Positions 1 to 9,496 of a stretch of DNA of 24,000 bases are shown here, piece by piece. The DNA lies in NCBI GenBank assembly GCA_030535975.1, contig JAUNQW010000004.1:34590-58589 (forward strand), given 5' to 3'. Position 1 is the first letter of the stretch. Every line of letters begins with the position of its first letter. A program made the position numbers and the translations under genes. The notes below the pieces were generated by a model that saw nothing but the letters and a program-made list of their open reading frames with translations, did no database searches and was not told where the DNA came from. The stretch comes from Atopococcus tabaci (lineage in GTDB: Bacteria; Bacillota; Bacilli; Lactobacillales; Carnobacteriaceae_A).

Positions 1-1109
1 CTGGGAGATTCTGCAGGGATTTGAAGACCCGCCTGTCCCATGATTTGAAGAAGTCCTAATGTTTTTAGGACAATCGTTTTACCACCTGTATTCGGCCCGG
101 TCACGATGACAGCCTCGTAGTCTTCACCAATTGTTATATCATTGGGAACTACTGTTTCTGTATCAAGCAGGGGGTGACGGGCTTGATGCAGGTCGACATA
201 ATTATCCAGGCTGACTTGAGGACGTACGGCTCCTATGCTTCGAGCATATTTAGCTTTAGCTGAGATAAAATCTAAATGGGTCAGTAAGACTTGGTTTTTT
301 TCAATAACTTTAGTATTCTGGGCAAGCTTAAATGAGATTTCACTTAATACTCTTTCCTCTTCTTTTTGGGCATCAATAGTAAGCTGGCGTAAACGATTAT
401 TAAGATCCACTACCCGTTGAGGTTCCACATAAATGGTCTGTCCAGAGGAACTTTGGTCATGGACTACCCCGCCAAATTGCTTCCTGTTTTCAGCCTTGAC
501 GGGTAATACAAAGCGGTCATTCCTCATCGTAATCAGAGTATCGGTCAAATACTTGGCATCCTTACCCTTCACTATCCCATTCAAAACTTGTCGAATAGAA
601 GCTTGGGCAGATTGAATCTGACCCCGGACTTGTCTAAGGGCAGGAGAGGCAGAATCCAAAACATAGCCTCCCTCATCAACTGTCCGTTCAATTTCTTTGA
701 GAATCTCAGGCAGTGCATCCAGATGATCAGAGGTAGAATTCAATTGCTTTAATTGAATATCACCCTCTTCTCTTATATTTTCAAAATAACGGATGATGTC
801 ACGAGCAATCTTGAGCAGCCGGCCCACTTGAGCGACTTCTTCTCCGTTTAACGAGGCACCGATTTCAAGACGCTTTAAATGAGCTTGTACATCTTCAAAG
901 ACCGCAATCGGTATGCCGTCTTTTCTCTCTAAAAGTACCACTCCATCCTCAGTTTCATTTTGTGAGGATTTAATTTGATCAATATCGGCCGACGGTTTTA
1001 ATTGTTTAATCTTTCTTTTAGTCGTTTGTGAACTGGCAAAACTTATTAATTGATTAATCACTTTTGGAAATTCTAGTGTTTCCAATGTTTTTGTATCAAA
1101 AACTGACAA
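1..1109 (-). CDS. mutS2: Endonuclease MutS2, N-terminal ~369 aa (gene continues past window start)
   Basis: Absent from the ORF track because it runs off the edge. Reverse-strand translation from TTG at 1109 (AAGGAGG at 1120-1126; in-frame TAA just upstream) gives LSVFDTKTLETLEFPKVINQL...KPSADIDQIK... It ends at the window edge in YEAVIVTGPNTGGKTIVLKTLGLLQIMGQAGLQIPAESP, which carries the MutS-family Walker A. zapA-cvpA-mutS2 synteny is typical of Bacilli. Confidence 0.9.
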   Translation of the reverse strand, partial: MSVFDTKTLETLEFPKVINQLISFASSQTTKRKIKQLKPSADIDQIKSSQNETEDGVVLLERKDGIPIAVFEDVQAHLKRLEIGASLNGEEVAQVGRLLKIARDIIRYFENIREEGDIQLKQLNSTSDHLDALPEILKEIERTVDEGGYVLDSASPALRQVRGQIQSAQASIRQVLNGIVKGKDAKYLTDTLITMRNDRFVLPVKAENRKQFGGVVHDQSSSGQTIYVEPQRVVDLNNRLRQLTIDAQKEEERVLSEISFKLAQNTKVIEKNQVLLTHLDFISAKAKYARSIGAVRPQVSLDNYVDLHQARHPLLDTETVVPNDITIGEDYEAVIVTGPNTGGKTIVLKTLGLLQIMGQAGLQIPAESP

Positions 1110-1143
1110 ATTCAGTCTTCCTCCTTAGTAAATCAAGTTGGGA

Positions 1144-1689
1144 TTAGACAAGAGACGAAATAAATTCATTGAAAAATAAACGGGATAAGACAGGTGTACG
1201 TTCAATGATCAATCTCACCCAGGCATTATCGGCTATTAATTCCTGTATACTCTCAACAGCCATGGTAGACATCGCAAAAAATACCAGGAAAATAATAATA
1301 GACACTGTGATCAGGTTTAGAACTGCTCCCCCAATAATATCTAAATAGATATTTTCCTCAAAGCGCTTTAGAGGCTCTATAATATATAAAAGAAGCTTAG
1401 ATAAAAGCCAAAAAAATAAAAAGATAAGTAAAAATGATAATATAAGATAAAAAGATTGATCCAGCATAAAGGCATATTCTTCTGGATACAAGACAAAAGC
1501 TTGTGCTGTTGTCGGTGATGGATAAGGTACCAGAACTTCTAAAGTATTAGTGATGGCTGGAGCTGAGATGAAAGACAGCCAAAAGCCAAGAATAATGACC
1601 AAAAATGAAATCAATTGATTTAAAAATCCATTTCTAATTCCTTCATAAACAGCGATTATATATATGAATATAAGCAATAAATTAATCAT
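1144..1689 (-). CDS. cvpA: CvpA-family integral membrane protein (YshB-like)
   Basis: 181 aa, strongly hydrophobic multi-TM protein. Its position between zapA and mutS2 matches B. subtilis yshB. The N-terminus MINLLLIFIYIIAVYEGIRNGF is typical of the CvpA family. Confidence 0.75.
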   Translation of the reverse strand: MINLLLIFIYIIAVYEGIRNGFLNQLISFLVIILGFWLSFISAPAITNTLEVLVPYPSPTTAQAFVLYPEEYAFMLDQSFYLILSFLLIFLFFWLLSKLLLYIIEPLKRFEENIYLDIIGGAVLNLITVSIIIFLVFFAMSTMAVESIQELIADNAWVRLIIERTPVLSRLFFNEFISSLV

Positions 1690-1699
1690 GTGCCCTCCT

Positions 1700-1996
1700 T
1701 TAATCTTGCTGATCAGTTTCTTCTGTTACATGATCTTCTTCTCTATCATCTTCTTTTGACAGAATATCTTCCTGCATTTCAATTTGGTTCGATACAGCAT
1801 TTACAGCCGCTAAAATAGCAGCTTCTTCATTCGATATTTTTTCAGATAACTTTTTAATCTGCTCTAATTGTTGGTTAATAGTATCAATAACGACATCCAT
1901 ATGGGCATCACTTTTAGTCCCTACTATCGTATAGTCTTTCCCCTGGATAGTTGCTTTATAGCGCTTTTTCATGTTATTCACACACGATCCCCCCAT
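1700..1996 (-). CDS. zapA: Cell division protein ZapA
   Basis: The core KATIQGKDYTIVGTKSDAHMDVVIDTINQQLEQIKK...AILAAVNAVSNQ matches the ZapA pattern (xIxGxxYTIVG...H). The track start at 2041 has no SD. The ATG at 1996 has GAGGT (2005-2009) 8 nt upstream, so the start was re-called there. Confidence 0.8.
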   Translation of the reverse strand: MGGSCVNNMKKRYKATIQGKDYTIVGTKSDAHMDVVIDTINQQLEQIKKLSEKISNEEAAILAAVNAVSNQIEMQEDILSKEDDREEDHVTEETDQQD

Positions 1997-2117
1997 TATT
2001 TCATACCTCACCATATTACCATGAAAGCGGGCCTTCTTCATCCTGCTTTTAGTTCCCGATTAAAATTAACTTTATTTTTGTTAAACTGGTAGAAAGTGAT
2101 AATGGAGGTAGGAAAAT

Positions 2118-3044
2118 ATGCAGACTATCACGTTAACGATGAATCCTCAAGAATTAAAGAAAGCAGAAAAATACTATGAAGGTCATAAAAAAGCAAAAAA
2201 ACCGGATTACAGTATTTTTCAAGCTAAAAAAGATAAAGTGACGATTACGGCCTATCACACAGGAAAAGTAGTCTTTCAAGGTCAATCTGCTGAAGAAGAA
2301 GCAAGTATCTGGGGAACGCTTCCGCCCCCTAAAAAAGAAAATAGTAAACAGACCTCCCTCCCTCACGGCTTCGATCAATGGTCTGTTTTAGGCAGTGATG
2401 AGGTAGGGAACGGCTCTTACTTCGGTCCACTGACTGTTTGTGCAGCCTATGTCTCCAGAAAAAATCTCTCTCTCATAAAAGAATTAGGTGTCAGAGACTC
2501 TAAGAGTCTCAGTGATGTACAGATTCGATCTATTGCCCAAGATATAAAGGCCTGTATTCCTTATAAACTCTTAGTTGTCAAGCCCGCAAAATACAATCAA
2601 ATCCAGCCCCAAATGACTCAAAATAAAATGAAAGCTCTCCTGCACAATCAGGCGCTTGGCTTTGTCTTGAAAGAAGTTTCCCCTGAAGAACCTGAGGCTG
2701 TCTTAATTGATCAATTTGAAGCCCCAAAAAATTATCTCAAGCATATCGAAGGAAGTCCTGACCCTGTCACTCAAAAGCTTTATTTTGCAACCCAGGGGGA
2801 GTCTGTCCACCTGGCTGTGGCTGCAGCTTCTATCATCGCAAGAGATCAATTTCTCGAAGAAATGGATATCCTGTCCGAGCAGGCCGGCATGAAATTGCCA
2901 GGAGGAGCCAATGCTTTAGTCGATGAAACAGCTGCTAAAATCCTCTTGAATCCTCATTTAAAACTTGGAAAATTTGCTAAATTACATTTTGCTAATACCC
3001 AAAAAGCTCAGAAAATCGTCCAAAAAATTCGAAATAGAAGCTGA
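2118..3044 (+). CDS. rnhC: Ribonuclease HIII
   Basis: 308 aa. It has the N-terminal DUF3378-like region followed by the RNase HII/HIII catalytic motif GSDEVGNGSYFGPLTVCAAYV. GGAGG lies upstream of the ATG. Synteny next to pheT and zapA matches Bacilli. Confidence 0.9.
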   Translation: MQTITLTMNPQELKKAEKYYEGHKKAKKPDYSIFQAKKDKVTITAYHTGKVVFQGQSAEEEASIWGTLPPPKKENSKQTSLPHGFDQWSVLGSDEVGNGSYFGPLTVCAAYVSRKNLSLIKELGVRDSKSLSDVQIRSIAQDIKACIPYKLLVVKPAKYNQIQPQMTQNKMKALLHNQALGFVLKEVSPEEPEAVLIDQFEAPKNYLKHIEGSPDPVTQKLYFATQGESVHLAVAAASIIARDQFLEEMDILSEQAGMKLPGGANALVDETAAKILLNPHLKLGKFAKLHFANTQKAQKIVQKIRNRS

Positions 3045-3066
3045 CATATTCCCTGCTTGCCAGAAG

Positions 3067-3531
3067 TTATTTCCTGGGGTAATGCGATTCTCTATATTGC
3101 TTGATGGATGCTACCAAAGGTAAAACTAAAGGAGCTAAAATGAGAGTAAAGACATTTGTAGCTAGAAATAGAGAGACTATTGTTACCAGAATGGTCAGCC
3201 AGAGCGGGAGTTCCAAATCTTTTCCCAGCACAAAGGGCTCCAGCAGGTAGTGAGTGAGCTCGACAACCAGCCACAAAATTAATAGATAAAAGCCTGTTCT
3301 CGTATCCCCCCAGATCCACTCATAGAGGGTCCAAGGAATTAAGACGAGAGCTGAGCCTATCAAAGGTAACATATCCACGACTGCTATCGCCAAAGCGATG
3401 ACAATTGCCCATTCTATTCCGATCCAATATAAGCCGATAGCCAGCAGAATAAAGCCTGTTAAAAATAATTTACCTTGAGCTTTTATGAAGCTCACCGTAT
3501 TTTTTAAGAATAGTTGTAGAAATTCCTGCAT
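3067..3531 (-). CDS. Small integral membrane protein resembling the C-terminal half of AI-2E/PerM (YtvI-like) transporters
   Basis: 154 aa, about 4-5 TM segments. VVDMLPLIGSALVLIPW...LLEPFVLGKDLELPLWLTILVTIVSLF resembles the conserved C-terminal block of PF01594 proteins. It has its own SD (AGAGGAGG) and ATG. Confidence 0.5.
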   Translation of the reverse strand: MQEFLQLFLKNTVSFIKAQGKLFLTGFILLAIGLYWIGIEWAIVIALAIAVVDMLPLIGSALVLIPWTLYEWIWGDTRTGFYLLILWLVVELTHYLLEPFVLGKDLELPLWLTILVTIVSLFLATNVFTLILAPLVLPLVASIKQYRESHYPRK

Positions 3532-3594
3532 GAGAGACCTCCTCTTTTTTATTTATTAATGACAACTGTAACATTTTATTCTGGTAAGCAGAAT

Positions 3595-3632
3595 AAAAAC
3601 CCCAAAAAATCAAAAGATTTTTTGGGGTTTTT
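3595..3632. terminator. Intrinsic terminator downstream of pheT (symmetrical, A-run/T-run on both sides)
   Basis: AAAAACCCCAAAAAATC-AAAA-GATTTTTTGGGGTTTTT: a long perfect stem flanked by A and T tracts, 30 nt after the pheT stop. A second small hairpin, ATTCTG-gtaag-CAGAAT, abuts it at 3578-3594. Confidence 0.8.
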
Positions 3633-3662
3633 ATGTCAAATACTATTTAATTCTTGTGAAGT

Positions 3663-6077
3663 CTAGCGAATCTGTGCATTTAACTCATTTTTTAAAGACT
3701 TAAGCACACGCTCAAAATCTTCTTGTACTTCTTCTTCTAATAAAGTTGCGTTAGGATTTTGATAGAAAAGGGAATAAGCCAATGATTTTTTCTTATCATC
3801 TATCCCCTCTCCTTCATAGTAGTCAAATAAATTCACTGACTGCAGCCAAGGGCCGGCTACTTTTTCAATCACTTCAACTATCTCTGAATGAGAGATTCTT
3901 TTATTCACTAGAACAGCTGCATCTCTGGTAATCCCCGGGTACTTAGGAATGTCTTCGACTACTCGGGAAGCTTTTTCTGCATCATGAATTAACTGCAGAT
4001 CAAATTCAAAGACATAGACATCTTCTAAATCTAAAGAATTTGCTAATTTAGGATGAATTTGTCCTATGAAGCCGAACTCATGACCGTGTAAATGCATCCC
4101 AGCTGTCCGACCCGGATGCATGCCTTTTTTCACTGTTAAGGGGCGGAATTCAACTTCTTCAGCCAGATTATATGACTCAAGTAACCCTTCCAGAATCCCT
4201 TTCAGAGTAAAGAAGTCCATCTCTACTACTTCATTGGTCCAGTCTTCGATATAATTTCCCGTCGCCAGAGCAGATACATGCTCCAACTCATCCAGAAGAG
4301 AATCTCCTGGTGTTCCGTGATAGATACGTCCTGTCTCATATAAGAAGATACTGTCAGTAGAACGGGCTCGGTTATACTTTGCGCTGTCTAACAGACCGGG
4401 AAGAATAGATTTCCGTAAAGTTTCATGTTCTTCGCTTAAAGGCATCGCTAAGTTCGTGTCATCACTCTCTGCGATAGAAAATTGATTTGCTTTTTCTTTA
4501 GTCGTTAAGGAATAAGTAATGGCTTGATTAAAGCCGGAACCTTCCATGTAGCGATTGGTTTGGCGAATCATTTTCTGCAGGACGCTTAATTTCCCGGGAA
4601 TAGAGGCTCCTACAGGTAAAGTATTGGGTAAATTATTGTAGCCATAAATACGAGCGACTTCTTCAGCCACATCAGCTTTAATCTTAATATCCCAGCGGCG
4701 CGGAGGTATGATAACCGTGAAGCTGTCACCCTCTCCATCTTTATAGTCAAACTGCAGACGATCAAAGATATCAAAGATAATAATCTTTGTCAGATCCACC
4801 CCGATCACATTATTTAAATAGGATACTGTTAAATTGATTTCAGTATTTTCTGCTGTGACATGGGCAACTTGGCTCATCCCGGATACAACTTTCCCGTCTC
4901 CTAACTGGGATAAGAGCTGGGCAGCATGATTCAAAGCATCAGTTACAACAGCTAGGTTAATCCCTTTTTCGAAGCGGGAACTAGCTTCACTGCGTAAGTT
5001 CAGTTTACCTGCAGTTCTTCTAATCTGCAGAGGATTAAAAACAGCAGCCTCTAAAGCAACATGTTGGGTTGAATGAGAAATATGTGTATTCTCGCCTCCC
5101 ATGACCCCACCCAGAGCAATGGGCTTTTCACCATCCGTAATGACAATATTTTCTGGATCTAATTGTCTTTCTTTGCCGTCCAAAGTAATCAGTCTTTCGC
5201 CTTCTTCTGCTCGTCGGACAACTATTTGATCAGTTCTAATCAAGTCCTTATCAAAAGCATGCAGCGGCTGTCCGTATTCCATCATAATATAGTTGGTAAT
5301 ATCAACTAAATTATCGATCGGACGCATCCCGACAGCCATCAATTTACGCTGCAGCCACATGGGACTTTCTTGAACCTGTAAGTCTTCTATGATCCGCATG
5401 CTGTAAATAGGAGCATCTTCGGCATTATCTACACCGACAGTCAGTATCTCTTCGATGTGACGCTCTTTATTTTCGGTCAGTTCAATTTTTTCAAATTCAG
5501 GAATTTGACTTAAAATCGCCCCTACCTCATGAGCAACACCACGCATACTCAATGCATCTGACCGGTTAGGCGTGAGATCAAAGTCAAAGATGGTATCATC
5601 TAAGCCCAGCACAGGTTTGGCATCTTCTCCCACCATAATGTCATCTGGTAAAACGTAAATTCCTTCAACATATTGTTTAGGAACTACTTTTTCAGGGAAG
5701 CCGAGTTCCTGCAGAGAACAAATCATTCCATTCGACGGATAACCCTGCATTTCACGCTCGCCGATTTCCATTCCTCCAGGCAGACGCGCTCCAGGCATGG
5801 CTACAATAACCTTTTGCCCCTGAGCAACATTGGGAGCACCACAAACAATTTCCTGCAGCTCATCGCGGCCTACATTCACTTTTGCAGCGTGGAGATGGGT
5901 ATCTGGAATAGGTGTACATTCTATAATTTCTCCAACTAGCAGACGAGAAATATCTTCACCTGGTTGATAGACATGTTCGACTTCAATTCCGGTCAAGGAC
6001 AGCTGGTCACCTAATTCTATAGGATCGACATCACTTAAATCTAAATACTCTTTTAACCAATTGAATGATACTAACAT
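3663..6077 (-). CDS. pheT: Phenylalanine--tRNA ligase beta subunit
   Basis: 804 aa. It begins MLVSFNWLKEYLDL, with tRNA-binding, B3/4, B5 and FDX-ACB regions recognisable. It lies immediately downstream of pheS. Confidence 0.97.
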   Translation of the reverse strand: MLVSFNWLKEYLDLSDVDPIELGDQLSLTGIEVEHVYQPGEDISRLLVGEIIECTPIPDTHLHAAKVNVGRDELQEIVCGAPNVAQGQKVIVAMPGARLPGGMEIGEREMQGYPSNGMICSLQELGFPEKVVPKQYVEGIYVLPDDIMVGEDAKPVLGLDDTIFDFDLTPNRSDALSMRGVAHEVGAILSQIPEFEKIELTENKERHIEEILTVGVDNAEDAPIYSMRIIEDLQVQESPMWLQRKLMAVGMRPIDNLVDITNYIMMEYGQPLHAFDKDLIRTDQIVVRRAEEGERLITLDGKERQLDPENIVITDGEKPIALGGVMGGENTHISHSTQHVALEAAVFNPLQIRRTAGKLNLRSEASSRFEKGINLAVVTDALNHAAQLLSQLGDGKVVSGMSQVAHVTAENTEINLTVSYLNNVIGVDLTKIIIFDIFDRLQFDYKDGEGDSFTVIIPPRRWDIKIKADVAEEVARIYGYNNLPNTLPVGASIPGKLSVLQKMIRQTNRYMEGSGFNQAITYSLTTKEKANQFSIAESDDTNLAMPLSEEHETLRKSILPGLLDSAKYNRARSTDSIFLYETGRIYHGTPGDSLLDELEHVSALATGNYIEDWTNEVVEMDFFTLKGILEGLLESYNLAEEVEFRPLTVKKGMHPGRTAGMHLHGHEFGFIGQIHPKLANSLDLEDVYVFEFDLQLIHDAEKASRVVEDIPKYPGITRDAAVLVNKRISHSEIVEVIEKVAGPWLQSVNLFDYYEGEGIDDKKKSLAYSLFYQNPNATLLEEEVQEDFERVLKSLKNELNAQIR

Positions 6078-6080
6078 TTT

Positions 6081-7127
6081 TTACCCCCTGGCCTTGAATT
6101 GTGATAAGAAGCGCTGGTCATTTTGATAAAAGTTTCGAATGTCATTGATTCCATATTTCAGCATGGCCACACGTTCTATACCCATTCCAAACGCAAATCC
6201 ACTATATTGTTCTGAATCTATGCCGGACATTTCCAACACATCTGGATGAACGACACCTGCACCTAAAATTTCAATCCATCCGGATTGCTTACAAATCCGA
6301 CAGCCGCCACCGCCACAGTTAAAGCAAGATACATCCACCTCCACGGAAGGTTCAGTGAATGGAAAGTAGGATGGACGAAGACGAATTTCTCGATCTTCAC
6401 CGAATAATTCTTTAGCAAATAAATTTAATGTTCCTTTTAAATCTGCCAGGGAAATATGATGGTCCACCACGAGTCCTTCAATCTGCTGGAATTGATGGGA
6501 ATGTGTCGCATCATCACTATCGCGTCGGTAGACTTTACCGGGACTGATCATTTTGAGCGGTCCTTCATTAAAATCATGAACATCCATCACACGCGCCTGG
6601 ACAGGTGATGTATGTGTACGCATCAATAGATTATGACCAATGTAAAACGTGTCCTGCATATCGCGGGCTGGATGGTCTTCAGGTAAATTCATCCGCTTAA
6701 AGTTGTAATCATCTTGTTCAACCTCAGACCCGTCGACAACCATATAACCCATTCCGAGAAAAAGTTCTTCAATCTCTTCACGAACCTGAGTGAGTATATG
6801 ACTCGACCCTTTAGGTAACTTTCGGCCTTGCAAGGTGACATCCAAGGTTTCTTCTTTCAGCCGAATATTTAAGAGATCAGCTTCAAACTGTGCCTGCTTT
6901 TCTTCCAAGCTCAAAGTGATCGCGTTTCTTACCTCGTTGCTCAGCTTACCTATCAGTGGTTTTTCTTCATTGGACAGCTGCGACATACCTTTCATGGCAG
7001 TGGTGATCTGTCCCTTACGCCCAAAGTAATCTACTCGTATAGCTTCCAATTCATCTAAATCACTTGCCTGCTCGATAACCGCTAAAGCAGCATCTCGAAT
7101 TTGTCCTAATTCTTGTTCCATCCCCAT
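6081..7127 (-). CDS. pheS: Phenylalanine--tRNA ligase alpha subunit
   Basis: 348 aa. Class II aaRS motifs are present ([39 protein letters not shown]). AAGGAG lies 8 nt upstream of the ATG. Confidence 0.97.
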   Translation of the reverse strand: MGMEQELGQIRDAALAVIEQASDLDELEAIRVDYFGRKGQITTAMKGMSQLSNEEKPLIGKLSNEVRNAITLSLEEKQAQFEADLLNIRLKEETLDVTLQGRKLPKGSSHILTQVREEIEELFLGMGYMVVDGSEVEQDDYNFKRMNLPEDHPARDMQDTFYIGHNLLMRTHTSPVQARVMDVHDFNEGPLKMISPGKVYRRDSDDATHSHQFQQIEGLVVDHHISLADLKGTLNLFAKELFGEDREIRLRPSYFPFTEPSVEVDVSCFNCGGGGCRICKQSGWIEILGAGVVHPDVLEMSGIDSEQYSGFAFGMGIERVAMLKYGINDIRNFYQNDQRFLSQFKARG

Positions 7128-7374
7128 ATTCTATTCTCCTTAAATTTTAAATCAAAAAAACTCGCCCCTGCAAGGGACGAGTTTCCGCGGTTCCACCCTA
7201 ATTTAATTAAAAATTAATTACACTTAAGCATAACGGTGCCGACCGGTTGATGTAACAACTCCAGAATGAATTCATTTAACTTGTGACGCAAAATCTCCCA
7301 GCATTTGATTTTACTCTCTTAGTCATAGTCTTAAACTACTACTTTCCTTCAACGTTTTTAATTATTCGTTTGAT
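7128..7374 (-). promoter_or_regulatory. T-box leader (Phe specifier UUC) controlling pheST
   Basis: On the minus strand the elements appear in canonical order. They are GA/K-turn plus AGUA (GAAGGAAAGUAGUA), the AG bulge UAAGAGAGU, the distal loop GCUGGGAGA, and the specifier loop GAA-UUC-A (UUC at 7268-7270). The F-box CCGUUA follows, then the T-box AAAUUAGGGUGGAACCGCG (7183-7201). The terminator is CUCGUCCC-uugca-GGGGCGAG plus U7 (7154-7183). Confidence 0.92.
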
Positions 7375-7380
7375 ACATCT

Positions 7381-7409
7381 ATCTTACGAAATCATCAAAT
7401 TTAAATCAA
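7381..7409 (-). promoter_or_regulatory. Putative sigma-A promoter of the pheST T-box leader
   Basis: Minus strand TTGATT (7404-7409) - 17 nt - TAAGAT (7381-7386). Confidence 0.55.
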
Positions 7410-7438
7410 GGCTTGGTTAAAGATTGAAATTTGTAAAT

Positions 7439-7801
7439 TTATTTAGTTTCTTGACATTCTTCATTACAGACCCATTCATCGGCCCATTCTTGGACTTCAT
7501 TCATCACCTTATGCAGTGCTTCTCCTTTTTCCGTCAAGCAATAACCTGCTCGAACGTTATTAGGTCCGCCTGCCCGTTGAATAATACCTAAAGATTCAAG
7601 TTCTTTTAAACGTTCGGTTAGGACACGATCACTAACACCTTCAATAGAGTTTGATAAATCGATAAAACGCAGAGTGCTTTCACCTTCAAGAAGTACCTCA
7701 ATGATTAGACCATTCCATTTTTTTCCTAAAATACCAAAAGTAAACTCAAACTTTGGACAAATTGCCGGTTGTTCATTACTAGCTATTATTTTAGACATCA
7801 T
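7439..7801 (-). CDS. HxlR-family winged-helix transcriptional regulator
   Basis: CPKFEFTFGILGKKWNGLIIEVLLEG...RFIDLSNSIEGVSDRVLTERLKELESLGIIQR is the HxlR (PF01638) signature. The track start at 7807 is the GTG inside the SD GAGGTG. The real start is more likely one of the tandem ATGs at 7801 or 7798. Confidence 0.85.
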   Translation of the reverse strand: MMSKIIASNEQPAICPKFEFTFGILGKKWNGLIIEVLLEGESTLRFIDLSNSIEGVSDRVLTERLKELESLGIIQRAGGPNNVRAGYCLTEKGEALHKVMNEVQEWADEWVCNEECQETK

Positions 7802-7973
7802 TTTCACCTCAAATCAATCATATAAAGTACTGAAGTATACTCTTTTTACCCTTAAAGTATTGGTCTATTTATATTCATAATAATGCAAATATAGAAAAAA
7901 GACAAAAATATAAATTCTAATCAATAAGTCTAAAAGACTCTCAGTACTCAATCAGACTATTTCTACAAGAATA

Positions 7974-8004
7974 AATAAAAAAGAAGCTGAGAATACTCAA
8001 CCTC
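7974..8004 (-). terminator. Intrinsic terminator after the HD-domain gene
   Basis: Minus strand GAGGUUGAG-uauu-CUCAGCUUC (9 bp including 2 GU) followed by UUUUUUAUUUAUU. Confidence 0.6.
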
Positions 8005-8016
8005 TTGTTAACTTCT

Positions 8017-8541
8017 TTATACGTTAGGCACTATAAAGTTTTTGAGACTATCGACTGTTTGATTATACACACGATTGGCCGGTGTTAAAAATTCAGTTAT
8101 AGCACATTGCTTATCTACATAGGAGAGCAGGAAGCTTTCCTTATACTTCGGCTTTGGACTTTTCAGACACGATAAAAACATGTGGCTTAAAATAATATCG
8201 CCTTCTAAGTCAGAGATAGTTGTTAAATCTCTTGCATTTTCAAAAGCAATCTTCGGGTGAGCTTCACCATGAGAACCCATATCTAAATCTGCTATTTCTT
8301 CTCGATCTTCCAGGAAAAAGTCATGTAAAACCCCTGCACGAGCAATGGATTTATGATCTAAGCGGCGCATCTTAGCAAATTTATAACTGATGTAAGAAAC
8401 ACTAAGGCTGTGGCGTAAACGGGTGGTATGATAGTGATGAGTAATTTCATCCATAGCTTGTAATTTATCATTAGTTATTAAGTCACCAACAATGTCCATA
8501 TACTCTGTATCAGTTTGAATATGTGTAGGAATAAATTCCAT
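8017..8541 (-). CDS. HD-domain metal-dependent phosphohydrolase, function unknown
   Basis: H...HD pattern (RLRHSLSVSYIS...AGVLHDFF). The track start at 8553 overlaps the GGAGG. The ATG at 8541 (MEFIPTH...) sits 5 nt after GGAGG. An extended -10 TGgTATAAT lies at 8580-8588. Confidence 0.7.
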   Translation of the reverse strand: MEFIPTHIQTDTEYMDIVGDLITNDKLQAMDEITHHYHTTRLRHSLSVSYISYKFAKMRRLDHKSIARAGVLHDFFLEDREEIADLDMGSHGEAHPKIAFENARDLTTISDLEGDIILSHMFLSCLKSPKPKYKESFLLSYVDKQCAITEFLTPANRVYNQTVDSLKNFIVPNV

Positions 8542-8623
8542 TATAACCTCCATTATTTGCCTGACTTGCTGACTAGATAATTATACCATTTTCTAATAAA
8601 TTATAAAGGGAAAAAACTTTTTT

Positions 8624-9388
8624 TTAACGAGTGTCATATAAATGAAACATTAAAATACCCGCTGCAATGGAGACATTCAAAGATTCAACGTGGTCTGCCA
8701 GTGGAATATACAAATTACTATCCGTTAATTCAAGTAAATTCGAGCTGATGCCCTGACCTTCATTTCCTACCATCAGAGCAAAAGGAGCAGAAGCAGGGGC
8801 AATCGAAGTATAAGCTTCAGCCTCCTGATCTAATGCTGTACCAAAAACCTTCAAGCCCTGGTTTTGGAAATAGAGTATCCACTCTTCTAAACTACCTTCA
8901 TAAACACCAAGATTAAAATGCATCCCCTGACTCCCTCGCAGAGCTTTCATATTATAAGGATCAACGCTCCCTTTTCCACAGACTACCCCTTCAAATCCAG
9001 CGGCAGCTGCTGTACGGATTAATGCTCCCATATTTCCCGGATCTTGAACAGCGTCGAGAAATAAATACGGCCGGTGAATGGTCTGAGGAAGCTCTGCCGG
9101 CTTTTTTTCGATAACCGCAAACATACCTTGGGTCGTTTCTGTTTCTGCAAGTTCCATGGCCACCTTCTCTCCCACCCAAACAATTTTTTCTTTGGGAAAA
9201 TTTGAAACATTATCTTTATATTCTTCTACCAAAATGAAATTTTGAATGTCCCTTTCTGGAAGTTTCTCAACAGCTTCCCTTACTAAGTGTTCGCCTTCTA
9301 CGAGATATAAATTTTCTTGCTGCCGTCCTTTTTTGGTTTTCAGTTTTTTCCATAATTTAACTTGTTTATTTTGAGTTGATTCAATCAT
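8624..9388 (-). CDS. SpoU/TrmH-family RNA 2'-O-methyltransferase (YsgA/RlmB-like)
   Basis: 254 aa. It has an N-terminal substrate-binding domain plus SpoU motifs (LDAVQDPGNMGALIRTAAAAG, LMVGNEGQGIS, IPLADHVESLNVSIAAGILMF). Confidence 0.85.
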   Translation of the reverse strand: MIESTQNKQVKLWKKLKTKKGRQQENLYLVEGEHLVREAVEKLPERDIQNFILVEEYKDNVSNFPKEKIVWVGEKVAMELAETETTQGMFAVIEKKPAELPQTIHRPYLFLDAVQDPGNMGALIRTAAAAGFEGVVCGKGSVDPYNMKALRGSQGMHFNLGVYEGSLEEWILYFQNQGLKVFGTALDQEAEAYTSIAPASAPFALMVGNEGQGISSNLLELTDSNLYIPLADHVESLNVSIAAGILMFHLYDTR

Positions 9389-9496
9389 AAGATCGTCCTT
9401 CTTTTCTTTTTATATAGAGATGACTACAGATATCACACTTATTTTATCACATGTGTATCCTATGTTATAATAGAGGACAAGAAAGCAGGTGAGAAC

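Noticed and set aside
235-615. Two plus-strand ORFs (235-420, 433-615) at the window start
   Set aside because: They are antisense shadows inside the mutS2 coding region. The minus-strand frame gives an uninterrupted MutS2 sequence with a Walker A motif.
7880-7975. AGTACT / AGTCT repeat cluster upstream of the hxlR-like gene as its operator
   Set aside because: These are short (5-6 bp) AT-rich motifs with no extended dyad symmetry. They are not distinguishable from chance without comparative data.
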